Notes under the pieces: model-generated
Seen by the model: only the letters and a program-made list of their open reading frames with translations
Database searches by the model: none
Told to the model about the DNA's origin: nothing
Source: Octopus vulgaris
Taxonomy: Eukaryota
Direction: 5' to 3'
NCBI GenBank assembly: GCA_951406725.2
Contig: OX597822.1
Location: 86,738,001 to 86,802,000 of the forward strand
DNA: 64,000 bases
Made by a program: the position numbers and the translations under genes
Shown: positions 53,058 to 64,000 of the stretch, in pieces
Numbering within the stretch: position 1 is the stretch's first letter
How the letters are laid out: the number at the start of each line of letters is the position of its first letter

Positions 53058-53178
53058 TTCCGCTCTGATGAAGCTCCATGATTCAAATTGGTTTTATTAC
53101 CATGTATGATAAATATTCTCTTAGCATCATAATAGTAATTCCAAAGAACATTGGCAGCAGAAACAGCCGTTAGGTGGG
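53058..53178 (+). ncRNA. Hammerhead-like motif with extended stem II in a (TA)n-adjacent repeat
   Basis: CTGATGA (53065-53071), AGCT...AGCA, GAAA-CAGCCG-TT (from 53160); stem I is weak. Confidence 0.4.
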
Positions 53179-53269
53179 ATGCAGTCTTTTTGTAAACTAT
53201 TAATAAATAATAATTGATGCAAAACAATTGCTGTTCATCAATATTATCTCCATTTTCTGTTTTCTTTAA

Positions 53270-53329
<60 letters not shown>

Positions 53330-53829
53330 GTTCACAAAAAAATCCGCGTTCGTAATCCTTTTTTTCGTTCGGCGTTAACAGCCTTTCTTATCTTGTTTTT
53401 CCTTGTCCTGTCTTTTACTGTTTATAATTTGTACTGTCGTTACTGTCCTGTTTTTGTTACCATTTTTTACCCCTCTGCGAAAAGATCTCAAAATTTTAAT
53501 TGATTTGCTTTTCGCAGGAAGGAAAGTTTCTTGTCGAAGATACGTCTCGCGTTCACCTTCGAAACGTAGAGTAGATGAAACCATAGTGACTGAAGAAGGG
53601 GTTTTTTCTTTGTGTTAATTGTCCTGTACTCTATTTTTTTGTTGTTTAAAAAAATGTCCAGTTCCTTGGGTTTGTGTCTATGTTTTCGTTTCTCATTGTG
53701 TTCGACGTCTTTTTGGTGTCCTGTACTCATATATGCGTGTATATGTACATGTAGAGGTAGGTACGTACATATATGTTTATATATATGCATATGTTTTATT
53801 TATTAATATATATATATATATATATAAAA

Positions 53830-53945
53830 TTCACTAAAATGCAACCACATAAGAATGGCCATTGAAAAGATACTGACGGTGCCTCAGCATGACCACCATC
53901 AGTATCGTTTCAATGGCCACTCTTATGTGGTTGCATTTTAGTGAA
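53830..53945. repeat. 52-bp inverted repeat, 12-nt loop
   Basis: 53830-53881 versus 53894-53945; 49 of 52 positions complementary. Confidence 0.95.
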
Positions 53946-54302
53946 GGAGGGAGTTAGATTATTTCCTGCCCGCTTTTGAGTTTCTTGCCGTGATGTCGAT
54001 GACAGCAGAAGGTCAAGTTGTTTCTTGAAAACATCTAACCTCACCTCTTGTAGTTCTCTTAGGCTTTTTTGGCAAGATATTAACTCGCTGTGCGGCCTTG
54101 AATCATAAGCTATTGCAGTAACTGGTCCTTACTCTACAGAAGATGGATGGGAACTTTGGAACAGTGCAATGGCGTACTGCTCGGGGTCCTCGAAGCATCT
54201 TACTCGCACAAAACCCGACAGCAGAGGGACTTAGTTACATGTAATCAAATAATAAACATGACATTCACAGAAACATATGACCGCTGACATGGCAGATGCT
54301 CA

Positions 54303-54380
<78 letters not shown>

Positions 54381-54396
54381 TATACACACACACACG

Positions 54397-54441
<45 letters not shown>

Positions 54442-54444
54442 CTG

Positions 54445-55720
54445 TATGTATGTATTCAGTTTATTTCAAGATTTCTTGCCAATAGAGAAAGAACCGGTTT
54501 CAAACCTAGATCCAAGGCTTCTTCATTGGAATTTCGACAGCAACAACAGGGTATTTTTGTATGTATGTATGTATGTATGTATGTATTTATGTATGTATGT
54601 ATGTATGTATGTATGTATGTATGTATGTATGTATGTATGTATGTATGTATGTTTTGCGTTATGTATGTCTTGCATACTTGCATGTCTAGCATGCTCATGT
54701 ATACCTAAATGATAAACTTCTGGAACTTTTACTAATTTTTATAGTTCCATCGATGGATTGGATCTGTAGTCTTTGAATTAGCTTTCTACTTTCTGGTTTT
54801 GAGAAGCCTAATTTCTCAAGAGTGGTATTTAGGCAATGTGTTACGTAATTACATATAATTACACGTATAAACTGTAGGTTTCTCAATAGTTCAGCATAGG
54901 TGTTCTCTTTTTCACTGATCTTCAGCTTTAAGTTAACATCCGCTGGGAAACCGATTTCCACAACTGTACATAGTTTCTCTTCTCTATCCCAAATCATTAT
55001 ACCAGGTCCATTGTGTTTACATTTTACTGAGGTTTTCACGGGGACATTCCACCAATATATTCCTTTTTATTATAAATCTCTATGGCTTCCACCATACTGT
55101 GGGTTCGTATTTCTTTGTCTTCGGGGTTATCCTTTGACATATCCCGTTATACAGTGTTCTAGCTTCAAGATCATGTCTCATCGGTAGATAATACAGTGAT
55201 GACACTTTTTGATAAAGTGCTTAAGATGTGGGTGATATCTTCAGTGTGAACTCCACAAAGTCTGCATCGGCTGTCACATTTTACAGCTTTTCCTGCATCT
55301 CTGTCCATTTTATGCATCAGGTATCTGGTATATATTTCCTGTTCCTGGATTGCAAACGTATGCCCTTCAAAATGGGAGTTAGTAATCCGGCTATTGGTCT
55401 ATGATAGACTGCTTTGATGATCAATGTTACTATCATCTCGGAGCTTTCCACTAACTTATCCATGCATAGTCTTCTGCTCATATAGGGTCATCTTTTCATC
55501 TGATGATACGTTGCGGTAGAGTCGAGTGACTTCTTTGGGTACGTATTCTAGGTTATCAGACAAAGAGTGTCGCTCAAGGAGCTGCCTTCCAAGTCTTATG
55601 ATGTTACCAGCCTCATGTATGCAAACTTGATCAAGAGATCCACTTCGACGCTTGGTGGTTAAAAGATGTTGCCGAAGAGATATAATACAACATTCAAAGG
55701 CATTTTGGACCGATGTTAAA
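54445..55720 (-). mobile_element. R4/Dong-clade retrotransposon 3' portion (zinc knuckle, restriction-like endonuclease, 3' UTR)
   Basis: EGHTFAIQEQEI, CRLCGVHTEDITHI, LPMRHD, KHNGPGIMIWDREEKLCTVVEIGFPADVN...EKENTY (degenerate PD-(D/E)xK); the 3' end runs into TACATACATAC. Confidence 0.85.
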
Positions 55721-55846
55721 CCTCTGCTGCTTGTTTTCGTTTTAGGTAGAGGTGGTCTATGTCACTGTTGATGTGGAAATTATGTGTGCTTGTATGCATG
55801 TATGTATATACGAACGTGTAAATATATGTATTTACGTAGTGTGTAT

Positions 55847-55897
<51 letters not shown>

Positions 55898-56132
55898 ATA
55901 TATGTATATGAAGTGTGTTACAGAAAGCTCCCTTATAATTCTAATACTTCTGCTGATAACAACCAATTAAATCGCTCCATGATAAACTTGTTCGTATTTA
56001 CCCGGACATGTCCGCCATTTAGCACTTTAAATCTTCATCTGGAAGTAATTTTTAAAATTCTTTAAAAATCTGGAATTTCAGTTTCCATAATTCTCTCTAT
56101 GAAAAAGACAACAAAACACAAGGTTGTTTGAC

Positions 56133-56138
<6 letters not shown>

Positions 56139-56217
<79 letters not shown>

Positions 56218-56222
56218 GGAGA
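56139..56222. repeat. (GA)n microsatellite
   Basis: Directly visible. Confidence 0.95.
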
Positions 56223-57789
56223 GCAGATTAAGAGTGAGAGGGGAAGTGAAAGAAGAGGAGACGGAGAGAAAGGGGGAGAGAAAGAGAGAAATTGTGAGGA
56301 CGAGGAGGTGGAAACTGTACAAATGTCTAGTTTTGTCAGCTGATAAGTCACGTGCGCAAGTGTACGATGTTGTCACCTTAAGATTTTGAACTAACATGTT
56401 GTGCTTTGGTCTGTTTTCCTTGTTCTTCAACCAAGCACATTATACTTTTTTTTTTCCTATTTACCATTGTTACAATAAAAAATGAAATGTCGGGACGACA
56501 CCATTTTTTCTTCATACTATTTATTCGCAGTAGCATATATTTTTCTACTGCACTAAAAACATCTTGGTAATTTTCAACCCTAATCATGCTTCATATCATT
56601 TACGAGTGTTTACAACCATTACGTTGACCAGTTTGTTTGTTAGTCTTTATAGTAACAGTGTAAGCTTAATTTGAGCCTTTGCTGGCTGTTTGTTGTTTGT
56701 TATCGCTGCTCCTATTTGGTCAAAACTCAAATGTACAGTTACTGAATAAACTTCCATGCTTTAAGAAAAGTAACCACGAGTGAAAAGTGTATTATTTGGT
56801 TTTCAAACCAGAGACATGACTGTATTCCTGATAGAGATGTTAATGATTTATAAATACTTGTGAACACAGATTAAAAACAAGAAAACTGGTGAAGGCGAGG
56901 GTTCAGCAACGAAACAGATCTTTAAAAATCAAAGCAAGTAGTGAAACTGAAGATGCACCAATTGCTGCAGAGAAATGCATTTTACACTATTGAGCCTGAC
57001 TATGGCTTAACGTTCATTTAGTTTGATTCTCAAGTGGGGAAGAAGTTTGTTCATGTTGCAGAGAAAGAGATCATAAGTCCTAAACTTGCACTGTATTCTG
57101 TTAATAGAGATTAAAAAAAAGATCTTGTACTGGAAAGTTATTTGTTGTTTTGTTATGGGTGGAATAACCACGATTTAGCATAGACAACCCTTGTAATTAT
57201 TCAGTTCTCAAAGAAAAGGGATTAACGATTAAAACAGATAGAGTTAAGAAACACATCTAATGAGACTAATTTTGTAATGGTCTCTTTGAGTTGTTTCAAA
57301 AGTGACACCTGCATTAGAAGATTTGAAGGCACAACGAAGACGGTAAAAATGTATTTGTAGATTGGAAGAAAATGTTTCGAAAGATCATTAATTGGAATGG
57401 GTGTCTCAGCGAAGGTCTTAGACAACTGGAACCATCACACAATAGATAGAATGGTATATAGTTATGGACATATACATACATACGATGGTTAGAGTATCTT
57501 ACTATATATATATATATAGTAAGATATATATCTCTCTATCTCCCTGTCACTCCCTCTCGCTCTCTTTCACCTTCTCCCTCCCTCTATTCTCCATTATACA
57601 CACACACACACAATCTCTCTCTCCCCACTTCATTTACCAATAATATAAATACAGGCACAAAAATTTTTAAACTGACATTTCTGCTGAAACTACAGGAGTA
57701 GTTGAAAGCGCTAATATGAAGTAATAATATGTGATATGTAAATAAATATATATTTTTACAACCATCCAGCATTCTGAACATCTTTTTTC

Positions 57790-57916
<127 letters not shown>

Positions 57917-58121
57917 TATATTTATATATATCATATATATACATATATTTCTATGTACATACATATAAAACATACACACACATATATCTAAGAAAGACGA
58001 AGGGTGTGGAAGAGAGAAAGAAAGAAAGAGAGAAAGAGAATCATTTGTTTTCGTCTTTACATCAGCTTTTCGAGTAATCGCAATTCGAGTAACAAACCCA
58101 CACGAACATTAATATAAACGT

Positions 58122-58169
<48 letters not shown>

Positions 58170-58640
58170 ATGTGTGTGTTAATGTGTAAGCATATGAAGG
58201 GTTGAGCAAAAAGAGAGTAAGGAATATAATAATATGATATGCAGCTCTGTGATAGCCAGACATTGGCGGTAAACTAACATATATTAAATTCTAAACAACG
58301 CTTGCACAACTTGAAATTCAAGTGGCGTAACAAATAATGGAATAGAGTTTGAAAATTGAAAATCCATATCTTTAATAGTCATTTAGACATACTTCCATGA
58401 ATGTAGCGCTCTGCGTTTTACTTATTTTGGACATAACAATATTTGGCGTGTCGCGCGCGCGCAACGCGCGCACGGAAGGTTGGCTTGCATTGCTTACATG
58501 CTCAATAATTAATTTGCCTATGTTCGTACGTGCATATGTGTACGGGTATGCGTGAATTTGTGAGTATGTGTGTAGAATGTGTGTATGTGAGTGTGTACAT
58601 GTAGGAGCGTGTATGTGTGTATGCATGTATGTGCGCGCAC

Positions 58641-58671
<31 letters not shown>

Positions 58672-59114
58672 TGTGTGTGTGTCCGTGTGCTTGAGTTTGT
58701 GAATGCGTATGTAGTGTTTCGGATAAACAAACGAGATAGTGGTGCCATTATTCCACAGAGTTTCATTTCCTCAATTCCCCAATCCTGAAACTTCAATCCG
58801 TCGTTAGTCAGTGTTATGTTGCTGACAATTTTGGTGTTTAGAATATTCTCAGTTATTTAGAATTTAATATCGTTGTTTTAAAACTTCTGTCCGGGTATCT
58901 GGGTATCATATCCTTGCAGATAATTTTAGCATCAAATGCTCTCTTTTAAGTCGTTGCCACTGGACGCATTATAATTGCATACTTTAAGTTATATCCGGAT
59001 GACTAAATTCTTATATATACATACTCGCAAACACACACCGAATTGTATCATGTTATATTCTGTTATACACGCGCGCGCGTGCACACATGTATACACACAT
59101 ATATAGATATTTAA

Positions 59115-59346
59115 GGCGGCGAGATGGTAGAAACGTTAGCACGCCGGACGAAATTCGTAGCAGTATTTCGTCTGTCGTTACGTTCCGAGTTCAAATTCCG
59201 CCGAGGTCGACTTTGCCTTTCATCCTTTCGGGGTCGATAAATTAAGTACCAGTTACGCACTGGGCTCGATGTAATCGACTTAATCCCTTTGTCTGTCCTT
59301 GTTTGTCCCCTCTATGTTTAGCCCCTTGTGGGTAGTAAAGAAATAG
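59115..59346 (+). mobile_element. Nin-domain tRNA-SINE, young CpG-rich copy
   Basis: GGCGGCGAGATGGTAGAAACGTTAG A-box region, GAGTTCAAATTCC B box, Nin-like GAGGTCGACTTTGCCTTTCATCCTTTCGGGGTCGATAAATTAAGTACCAG. Confidence 0.85.
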
Positions 59347-59992
59347 ATATTTTACGCACCAGACAAATGACAGGAAGAAAATATTAGTTGATATGGCCTT
59401 TATATTATTGTTACAATGTAAGAAGCAACTTTTTCGAGTTGTTATTGTACAAAGATTATTTGCAGTTCTGTTATCCATCTTGTCTGTAATTAAGCTCATT
59501 TTTTGTTGACTTATAGGAGAACGGATGGAAGAAGAGAGAAAGAGTAAAACAACTTACCTCTCTGGGTTGACGAGTAGAGAGAGTGGAAATCGTGCAATTT
59601 CGTAGTGACGAGTAATTACTGAAGTGTTCCTATGGGCAAGCGCCAGGCGAAGCAGGCGAAAAAGATAGAATTGAGTTTGGGTACTGTATTTATACATGTC
59701 GGAAGTAAATGGGCTTATCTCTGTTGAATTGTATCCAACATAAGCATGTTAACTTAATAGAACTTAACTGTAACAGTTGATTCTCATCAATTCCTAAAGA
59801 GTAATGTCGAGAACAAAAGGAAGGTACTTAAAAAAATATAGGCTAAGGTTTCAATTCTTGGCTAAGAATTCAAGAAGCGATTCGCTAAGTATATATATGA
59901 ATATTCGTCATGACATATACTTTGATATGCTTTATCTATAGAATGTACACTATATATGATCCGCTCACTATAATTCACACACGCGCTCACAC

Positions 59993-60072
<80 letters not shown>

Positions 60073-60096
60073 GTATGTATATATATATATATATAT

Positions 60097-60562
60097 ATTA
60101 AATTAGAGATAAAACCACTATTAGGCAAATCAAACAATGAAAAACTTAAGCCAATACATAAAAATAATTAATTTATATTATTTTAAATATATATCAAAAG
60201 TATTAAAAATTTAATAAAAGATAATGAGTAAAACACTACGATCGTTTTATGGCTGTCCAATTCGTAATAATTCGAGTTATGGTTACAGTCAATCTTCAGG
60301 TAATTGAAATATTTATCTTAGCGAGGTTTGTTTTACTCATTATCTTTTATTAACTTTTTAATACTTTTGATATATATTTAAAATAATATAAATTAATTAT
60401 TTTTATGTATTGGCTTAAGTTTTTCATTGTTTGATTTGCCTAATAGTGGTTTTATCTCTAATTTAATATAATACAATATTTTACTATAAAATTGGATTCA
60501 ATCCTAAATCTGATTTTTCCCTGTAAGTTTGGATTTATTCCCTAATATTTTATTATTAATTT
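60097..60562. mobile_element. (TA)n-embedded Penelope pLTR-like element, copy B, with ~139-bp inverted repeat
   Basis: Arms 60097-60235 and 60329-60467. The loop carries a minus-strand hammerhead (60231-60306) whose GAAA is mutated to AAAA. Homologous to copy A. Confidence 0.8.
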
Positions 60563-61869
60563 ATATATATATATGTATAATTATTATTTTTATGATATAT
60601 TGATAATTCTGTCTGAGAACCATGAAATTTAATGAAATCTTAAATTTCTTTCCTCTAAAGCTGAGGTCGAGTAACTATATTGTACAAAATGCCGAGGTAG
60701 AGCAACTTATTTTCAAATAATCGCATGTTTTTTCAAAAAGATCGTGCGTGGATCTCACTGCAATTTCACACAAGATAGAAATCACGGTCTTTCAGTAATT
60801 AGTGCCGACCCTCAACGGTTATATAACCACATGATTATTTTAGAGTTAGGCTAAATACAGCTAATATAAGATTAATTCATGAGTTGCTGTGTATTGTTTC
60901 CAGTAATAATTACATTCGCAATCAAATGGTTTTTATAGGCACAATGTCTTCAACAATGGAAGGAAGAATCAAATCGTAGACTTGTTGTCGCGGCATTCAG
61001 TGTCCTTGTAAATGTCTATCAAAACTTATTAATTTTGAAATAAATGTCTTATAATATTGCTTTCATATTTTGGCTCTGGCCATAGATTTATAATAGAGAA
61101 TATTGCATGATACACATGTCATACAAAATGGTATTATTACCGCTAATGAAATTCCAGTTATAATTAGGATTGAAAACTCGGTCACCAACATTACTGGCTG
61201 GGAGATAGGATATTCAGCAGCACTTGACCACAGTGATTAGTAAATCATTATTTCTTGTGACTAAATACAAAGTTTCAGATTCACAAGAGCAGTAAGATGA
61301 ATGTGATGCCCATTGATTCCCTAATGGGCATTATGGGTATTATGAAGAGAAACAAATTCGCAGACCCAGCTCCCTCTCCTCCTGCTACGGGACAAATTTA
61401 ACCAGAAATGTACGAGAAAATTATGTGACCGACGCTTATTCTGTCATCACTCACATGATTTTCCAAATGATTTTAATTGGTTTAATCTCGTGGTAAAAGC
61501 TGTACTCATGGCTTTCGCAAATCCTCTGAGACCGGTGGCTTATGCTCTTAAACATTTGCAAGTTCATGACTACAGGAAAGAAATTCCAAATCACCGACAT
61601 TCTGAGAATGAAAAATTGAGAAGTTTAATGGCGTTTGAAAAATTTAGTGGTGGGTCTTTTGAATGGGGTGGACACAATATGGATAACGAGAGGCGGAAAG
61701 ACAGATGAATCGGGAGTGGTTGATGGCACGAGATGAACCGAACGAGCAGATCCACTGTAGTAGCAGTAGAAAAGCAGAAAGAAGAGCGACATGTTTTTAG
61801 AACAGATGACAGACACTAGGTTGTGATGAGGACTAGTTTTTATCGTGACCTTGAGAGTTCGAGTTGAGT

Positions 61870-62112
61870 ACTACGAATACTACGCAAAGGAATGGAGCGA
61901 ACAGAAGAAAAATTGAAACTTGGCACCGAAGAAAAGCGCTCTCAAAGAAAGGGAAACTCAGTAGTGCCGGTGGAGAGTATCCTTAAATGTAATCGCTGCA
62001 TGCAAGACTGTCATTCTCGTGTAAGCCACAGAATACGTTGCACCACCATCAGCAGCCGACACAAAATTCTCCAGGCGTAGACCCATGGTCTTTCGCGACC
62101 GACAGGTACCTA
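61870..62112 (+). mobile_element. RTE LINE 3' end fragment
   Basis: EEKRSQRK...CNRCMQDCHSRVSHRIRC zinc-finger-like C-terminus, followed by CCATGGTCTTTCGCGAC, similar to RTE 3' ends. Confidence 0.65.
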
Positions 62113-62609
62113 TATAAATATAGCTGTCCCAAAAACGTTGCTAAAACAAAAAAACAAGCACGTTTACTTTCTCTTACATGCCCATGCGTGTACTCACATA
62201 CATGCGTACAATTATATTGTACATATAGACACGTGTGATGGAGAGTCGCTGAATAGGTCACAGGGTGTGTGATGAAAGATTTTAGACAAAGGACACTAAG
62301 ATATGAATAATGATAAAGCTGAAGTGAAGAGCAAGTATAAAGAGTGGGTGGTTAGTTGGCAAACGTATGATCATCCCAAAGTATAGCAATATATGTATAC
62401 GCTTATGTATAAAATATATATGTATATATGTATGTATTTATGTGTGTATGTATATATATATATATAAAACATATATATATATATATACACATGCATACAC
62501 ATATATATACATATATGTATATATATATACACATATATATACATATGTATATATATATACATATGTGTACACACACACACACACACATATATATACATAC
62601 ATATGTATG

Positions 62610-62655
<46 letters not shown>

Positions 62656-62750
62656 CATACATATATATACATATATGTATATGACCGCATGTGTACCGTT
62701 GGCGATTTTTTTCCTCCGTCTTCCCTTCTTTGGATCTTTCCTTTTCGTAT

Positions 62751-62785
62751 GTTTCTGACGAAGAGCTCCGCTCGAAACGTTAAAC
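62751..62785 (+). ncRNA. Minimal 35-nt hammerhead ribozyme motif in a Penelope pLTR-like repeat (~62683-62857)
   Basis: GTTT-CTGACGA-A-GAGC-TCC-GCTC-GAAA-CG-TT-AAAC: intact core, stem I GTTT/AAAC, stem II GAGC/GCTC, palindromic AACGTT. Confidence 0.7.
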
Positions 62786-62853
62786 CCTCCTTCTTTCCCG
62801 AGCGTCCAATAATACTATACTTGTTCCACGTCCTCGCGTTGTTGTGTTTGGAT

Positions 62854-62918
<65 letters not shown>

Positions 62919-63051
62919 TAAATATTAGGGAATAAATCCAAACTTACAGGGAAAAATAATTTAATATAATATATATACATATATATACATATATATATAC
63001 ATATGTATATATGTATATATACATATGTATATATATATATATATATATACA

Positions 63052-63123
<72 letters not shown>

Positions 63124-63339
63124 GGTCCCGTTGATATAAGTATATATATATATATTTATTATATATATATATATATATATAGCTAAGATTTCTCTTGAAT
63201 ATAAAGAACCATTGAACCGTTATAGAACAAACATTAAATTTGGGTCAATGACTTTAACATACAACACCACCCCTCAAACATTTAATCATATATATAATCT
63301 CCTACAGCGAGCGTGATTGGCAGAGAGTTGATCCCACCA

Positions 63340-64000
63340 ATTTCTTCGGTATAACCATTGGGTCTTCTTATTCTGCACAGTTGACTAACTTAGTGAGCCT
63401 ATATCTCCTTTCACAGATTAAGGATAGTTTTCCTCTCCTTACCGGGGGACTGTATAGGGATGATGCACTTCTAGCTATACATAGCCAGTCTAAAACTGCA
63501 TTGAATAGATTAAGGAAATCCCTGAGAGGTTTCTTAAAGGATTTCTTTAATCTTAACATTATCTTTGATGTTAACTCCAGAGTGGTGAATTTCCCGGACG
63601 TTACATTGTGTTTGGATATGGGTTTATACTACCCATTTCGTAAACCAAACAAATCCATTTCATTTATCAACGTATCGTCCAATCACCCAAAATCCACTAT
63701 AGATGGCATTGTTACCGCTATTTCGATCAGAATCTCTAATTTATCCGCAAATGAAGAGAATTTCGATCAACATGCGCCAGTGTACAACAGCGCTCTAAAA
63801 TTAAGCGATTTCAGGACTCATATAGACCTAACACGAGATTTAAAAACAAGATGGCGGGTCTACCATGTCACTGTTGGTCAGGAAAAATGCAGTACATTAC
63901 CTGATTGTAACCGAAATAAGCCATTGGTTAGAAACGTATATAAAGAGGTTAGGAATAGGTATAAGAAGTGAAATAGTGGTAGGGGAGAGATAAGTAAAGC
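63340..64000 (+). mobile_element. Penelope-like element RT fragment (ORF 63381-63971)
   Basis: FGITIGSSYSAQLTNLV, GLYRDDAL, VVNFPDVTL, YYPFRKPN, SSNHPK, RISNLSANEENF, YNSALK are Penelope RT and thumb motifs. Confidence 0.88.

Noticed and set aside
59115-59205. tRNA gene
   Set aside because: A/B boxes are present but continue into a SINE body with multiple diverged copies; no complete cloverleaf seen.

Overview
AT-rich, microsatellite-dense eukaryotic genomic DNA. The tRNA-derived SINE families (CORE-, Nin- and Meta-domain types) and the repeat landscape suggest a cephalopod, probably Octopus; this is an inference from recalled repeat sequences. The only recognisable host gene is the 3' part of a spliced SUMO1-type gene on the + strand: three coding exons at 4525-4602, 9836-9907 and 10891-10950, ending QTGG-W-stop, with a probable ~2.2 kb 3' UTR. 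Its 5' exons were not found and probably lie upstream of the window. The rest is decayed mobile DNA: a full-length mellifera-type mariner, Tigger/hAT/piggyBac-type and unclassified MITEs, a Chapaev3-like fragment, RTE and RTE-X LINE fragments, several R4/Dong-type retrotransposon pieces next to (CATA)n repeats, Penelope-like elements and a degenerate Gypsy RT/RNase H. Almost all ORFs in the supplied track are microsatellite artefacts. Three observations stand out: (i) minimal hammerhead-ribozyme motifs in short, often inverted elements inside (TA)n arrays, and a hammerhead-like motif in the 3' UTR of the R4-type family; (ii) SINE-derived near-perfect RNA hairpins on both sides of one SUMO exon, with a possible competing long-range pairing; (iii) a CpG-decay footprint over the SUMO gene body.
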